Of a stretch of DNA of 64,000 bases, positions 60,513 through 64,000 are shown in pieces. Location of the stretch: assembly GCA_965287045.1 (NCBI GenBank), contig OZ336882.1, positions 64,666,001 to 64,730,000 of the forward strand. Reading direction: 5' to 3'. Both the position numbers and the translations under genes were made by a program. Below the pieces are notes generated by a model. The model had not been told where the DNA came from. It saw only the letters and a list, made by a program, of their open reading frames with translations, and did not search any database. This stretch comes from Carcharhinus amblyrhynchos (lineage: Eukaryota). Position 1 is the first letter of the stretch; every line of letters begins with the position of its first letter.

Positions 60513-61339
60513 CTTGCAGAAGGGAAAAGGAAACAGAGAAAGACGAAAAAAAAATGCTTTTGTGCCACCCATGCTTCTTTAGTCTAGCCCACCAGGAGGC
60601 TTTTATGTTCATCGGCTCCGCTTCTGAGAAATTACTGCCTCAGTCGCTTTGATGGTGTCAATAACAATTTGCAAACACTGACTAAAGTAGTTGGTAATTT
60701 ATTTGTAGAACACTAAGACCTCAGGTTTTGTTGCTGCTGAAAGCATTCCCACCTTGCTTTCTGTTGTTTGTTGACAGGCTGATTTCCCTCTGGGCCGCTT
60801 CCATCTGTGTTTGTCTTGTTCTCCATCCTGCATCTCTTTCTTCCTCACTTTATTTTTACCATGGCCTCCCTCACTTGACTCTCAGGGGCTTCCATCAGCT
60901 CTTGCTTTCTACTGGCTGCAAGGAGTCCACTGCCATCAATCACTCAGCAGCTGTTAGAACCCCTCAGCGTCAGATCCACCCCCTTTGGGAGACCCCCAAA
61001 AAATATTTCCAGGACAGTTTCAAAAAGATTTTTTTTTGTCTCTCTAAAGTAAGTCCTCTGGCACATTGGCTTCAGATTTCCCCTAAGACTGTGTCCAAAC
61101 AATATGAAACACTGGCCAAAGAAACTACTTCCGCATATTGTATACCTCAGAATCATACTAAAGAAGTTTTATCCCTTTATAGAATAGACCTTTTGTAAAA
61201 TAGACACAGATCAATCTTCTCCTCGAGACTCTGTGGGGAAATAAAGAAGCAATAGGACCTGATAGAATTGCATTTTGTATTTCCCCAGCTGTCGGTAGTA
61301 TTCGTTCTCCACAGCAAGTCTACCCTATATTTCGATTCA

Positions 61340-62645
61340 GAGTCATAGAGGTAAACAGCACAGAAAAGGGCCCTTCGGCCCATCATGTCTATGCCAGTCA
61401 AAGACAAGCCACCCAACAGTTGTAATCCCATTTTCCAGCAATTGGCCTACAGCCTTGTATGCCTTGTTGCGTACCTAAATATTTCTTAAGTATTTTGAGG
61501 GTCTCTGCCTCCGCCATTCTTTCAGGCGGTGAGTTCCAGACTCCATCACACTCCCTCTAAAACTCCTGCCCCTTACCTTAAATCTATGCCCCCTAGTTAT
61601 CGATCCTTCCACCAAAGGGGAAAGTTTCTTCTTGTTTACTCTATCCATGCCCCTTAAAATTTTATATATCTCAATTATGTCCCCTCTCAATCACCTCGGC
61701 TCCAAGGAAAACAAACCCAGTCTCTCCAATGTCTCTTCATAACTAAATCTCCAGCCCAGGCAACATCCTGGCAAATCCTCTCTGCTCCTTTTCCAGTTCT
61801 ATCACATCCTTCCTATAATGTGGATTCCAGAACTGCACACAATATTCTAGCTGTGGCCTAACCAACATTTTAAATCATTTTAGCATAACTTCTCTGGCTC
61901 GGCTAATAAAGTATAAAGCTAATAAAGCATTCTTAACCATTTTATCCACCTGTCCTGTTACCTTAAGGGACTGGTATACATGCACACCAAGGTCCCTCTG
62001 ATTCTCGGCACTTCCCAGAGTCCTGCTGTTTATCATGTATCCCGTTGCCTTGCTTGTTCTGCCCAAGTGCATCACCTCACACCTATCAGGATTGAATTCC
62101 ATTTGCCATTCATCAGTCCAACTGACAAGCCCATCTATAACCTAATAAGGCTATCCTCCTCACTATTTACCACATATCATTCACAAACCTACTATCAACC
62201 CTCCTACATTCAACTCTAAATCATTTATGTAAACACAAGGGCCCCAACACTGATCCATGTGGGACCCTACTGGACACTGGCTTCCAATCAGAAAAACACC
62301 CCTTAACCATCACCTTCTGCTTCCTGCCCCTCAACCAATCATGGAGCCAATTTGCCAAATTTCCTTGGATCCCATGGGCTCTTACTTTTGTTATCAAGGT
62401 CCCATGTAGAACCTTGCCAAAAAGCTTGCTGACATTCAGGTAGGCTACGTCAAATGCATTTCCCGCATTAACACACCTCTTTGAAAAATTCAATCAGGTT
62501 GGTCTGACCTGACCTCACCTTAACAAAATCAGTCCTGCCTCTCCAACTGCACATTAATTCTGTTTCTCAGAATTGCTTCCAATTGTTTTCCCACCTCTGA
62601 GGTTAGACTGGCCCATAGTTTCCTGGTTTATCCCTTCTTGAATTC
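61340..62645 (-). mobile_element. Decayed CR1 ORF2 3' half
   Basis: VPHGSVLGPL, MEFNPDRCEVMHLGR, RGDIIEIYKILRGMDRV; CR1 tail at 61340. Confidence 0.92.
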
Positions 62646-64000
62646 TGATGGATGCACAAGGATTGACATTCCTGGTGCTAGAGGGGATGGGGAGAGTGGG
62701 TGGCAGGGATTTAAGATGGAACCTGACCATGCCATTTCTGGGAGGAGACCACAGGATACACCCATGTTCACCACCTACCCAAAACCCCATATCAGTTCTA
62801 TGCTGGGAGTCTGACACCATCTGGAATACCTTTAGCTTAAAATCAACTTCTTGGTTAGCTTTTGCTTTTATTAGATATTGTTGATTGAGTTTCACAATTC
62901 TATTAGTCTATTGCCGCATTCCAATGGCCCCGTTGACTGCAGGTGCAAATCTCATAATGGCCACTAAATCTCACGAGAGGCCAGAAACAGGATTTGTCTT
63001 GGCAAACTCTTCGCCTTTGTCATTGATATAATCACGTTCATGACTAGGAAGGGTGCGAACCTGATTTGCATAAATTAATATCACATTAACAGGCTTGATG
63101 CAGCAACTTTTGTCCTCACCCTAATGACCCACCCAGCCAGCGTGATGTCACGCCAGGGTGAATCACTACTGGTTTTCAAAATCAACAACGAGTCATGATG
63201 ACCATGCTAGGGGAACACAAGTAAGTATAGCCCCTGAGTGATGAGGGTCATGCCTGGGCATTGCTCCCTTTCCTTGGATTACCACCTTGCCATGGTGGAG
63301 AGGATTGAAATTGAGTTTAACTTTGATTCTCTGACCTCAGGCAGATGAGGGTGCTGGATGTGGTTTTCCAGCCAGATTGGAGAATATTTTTAAGATGGCT
63401 TTTCTAGCCCTTTCCCCTTGTGGGGTAAGCACAGTGGATCCTGAAGATCTAATGTGAAAAAAGCTGCCAAAATGCTCTTCTGTTTTTATTCTGAGAGTGA
63501 AACGATTGACTCAAACTCCACTGCCTATGTGCCAGCCTGAAGGTGGGATCTCACAATCCGGTCCCCTTCACCTCTCGCTGATCATTGCAGGGCTTGTCTG
63601 TATGGTGGGGTGTGCTGGTTTCCTCTAGTAGGCTCCTTGTGCAGGACGTCTTTTAACAATGGTATGTCTTTGCATATCAGCAGACAAATAGTCCTTGACA
63701 GAGATAGGGTCCAGTTCCAGTGGCAAGGAGACCTCGATAACTGGGGATCTCCCTACTGCTGCAGCCTCCATCCACCATTGCAGATGTTGATACCATCAAG
63801 TATCTTCTGCCTGATCTGCAGTTGAGGACTTGTTTTGGACTGCCCTTTCTCTGGTTCCTCTCCTCTGACTTTTCTGTCATTTGTGACCCTGCCAGGGGTT
63901 TAACCCCTCTGAAGGCACCACTCTCAGGATCAACAAGCTGTATGAATTAAAAGGGACCAAATTCTCTCACTTCTATATTGACCAAATAAAGATGCTGGGA

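Noticed and set aside
60728-61198. 156-aa ORF
   Set aside because: Non-ATG start, no recognisable domain, no supporting splice structure.

Overview
Repeat-dense vertebrate genomic DNA. The repeat set (HER1-type CR1 LINEs, HE1/V-SINEs, Deu-domain-like SINEs) points to a cartilaginous fish, probably a shark (inference). No host gene is recognisable; a few splice-bounded unique segments on the minus strand may be exons. The window is a nested patchwork of decayed CR1, L2-like, Rex1/Babar, Ty3/Gypsy, PIF/Harbinger and Penelope-like elements (PLEs), with one 258-N gap. Main observations: (1) a ~1.5 kb 30-bp minisatellite (53089-54622) starts exactly at the catalytic [Y/F]IDD motif of a Penelope RT and repeats that decapeptide (IDDCISAAFC) about 50 times; (2) three families of PLE termini carry minimal hammerhead ribozyme motifs, including head-to-head fold-back insertions with 10-15 bp target-site duplications seen intact (23752-24322), shortened (50229-50430) and collapsed to a 28-bp scar (46939-46966); (3) a young 569-bp inverted duplication lies inside a dead PLE; (4) a 28S rRNA fragment abuts a CR1 3' tail in the same orientation. 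Family names come from motif recognition by eye, not database searches, and boundaries of old repeats are approximate.
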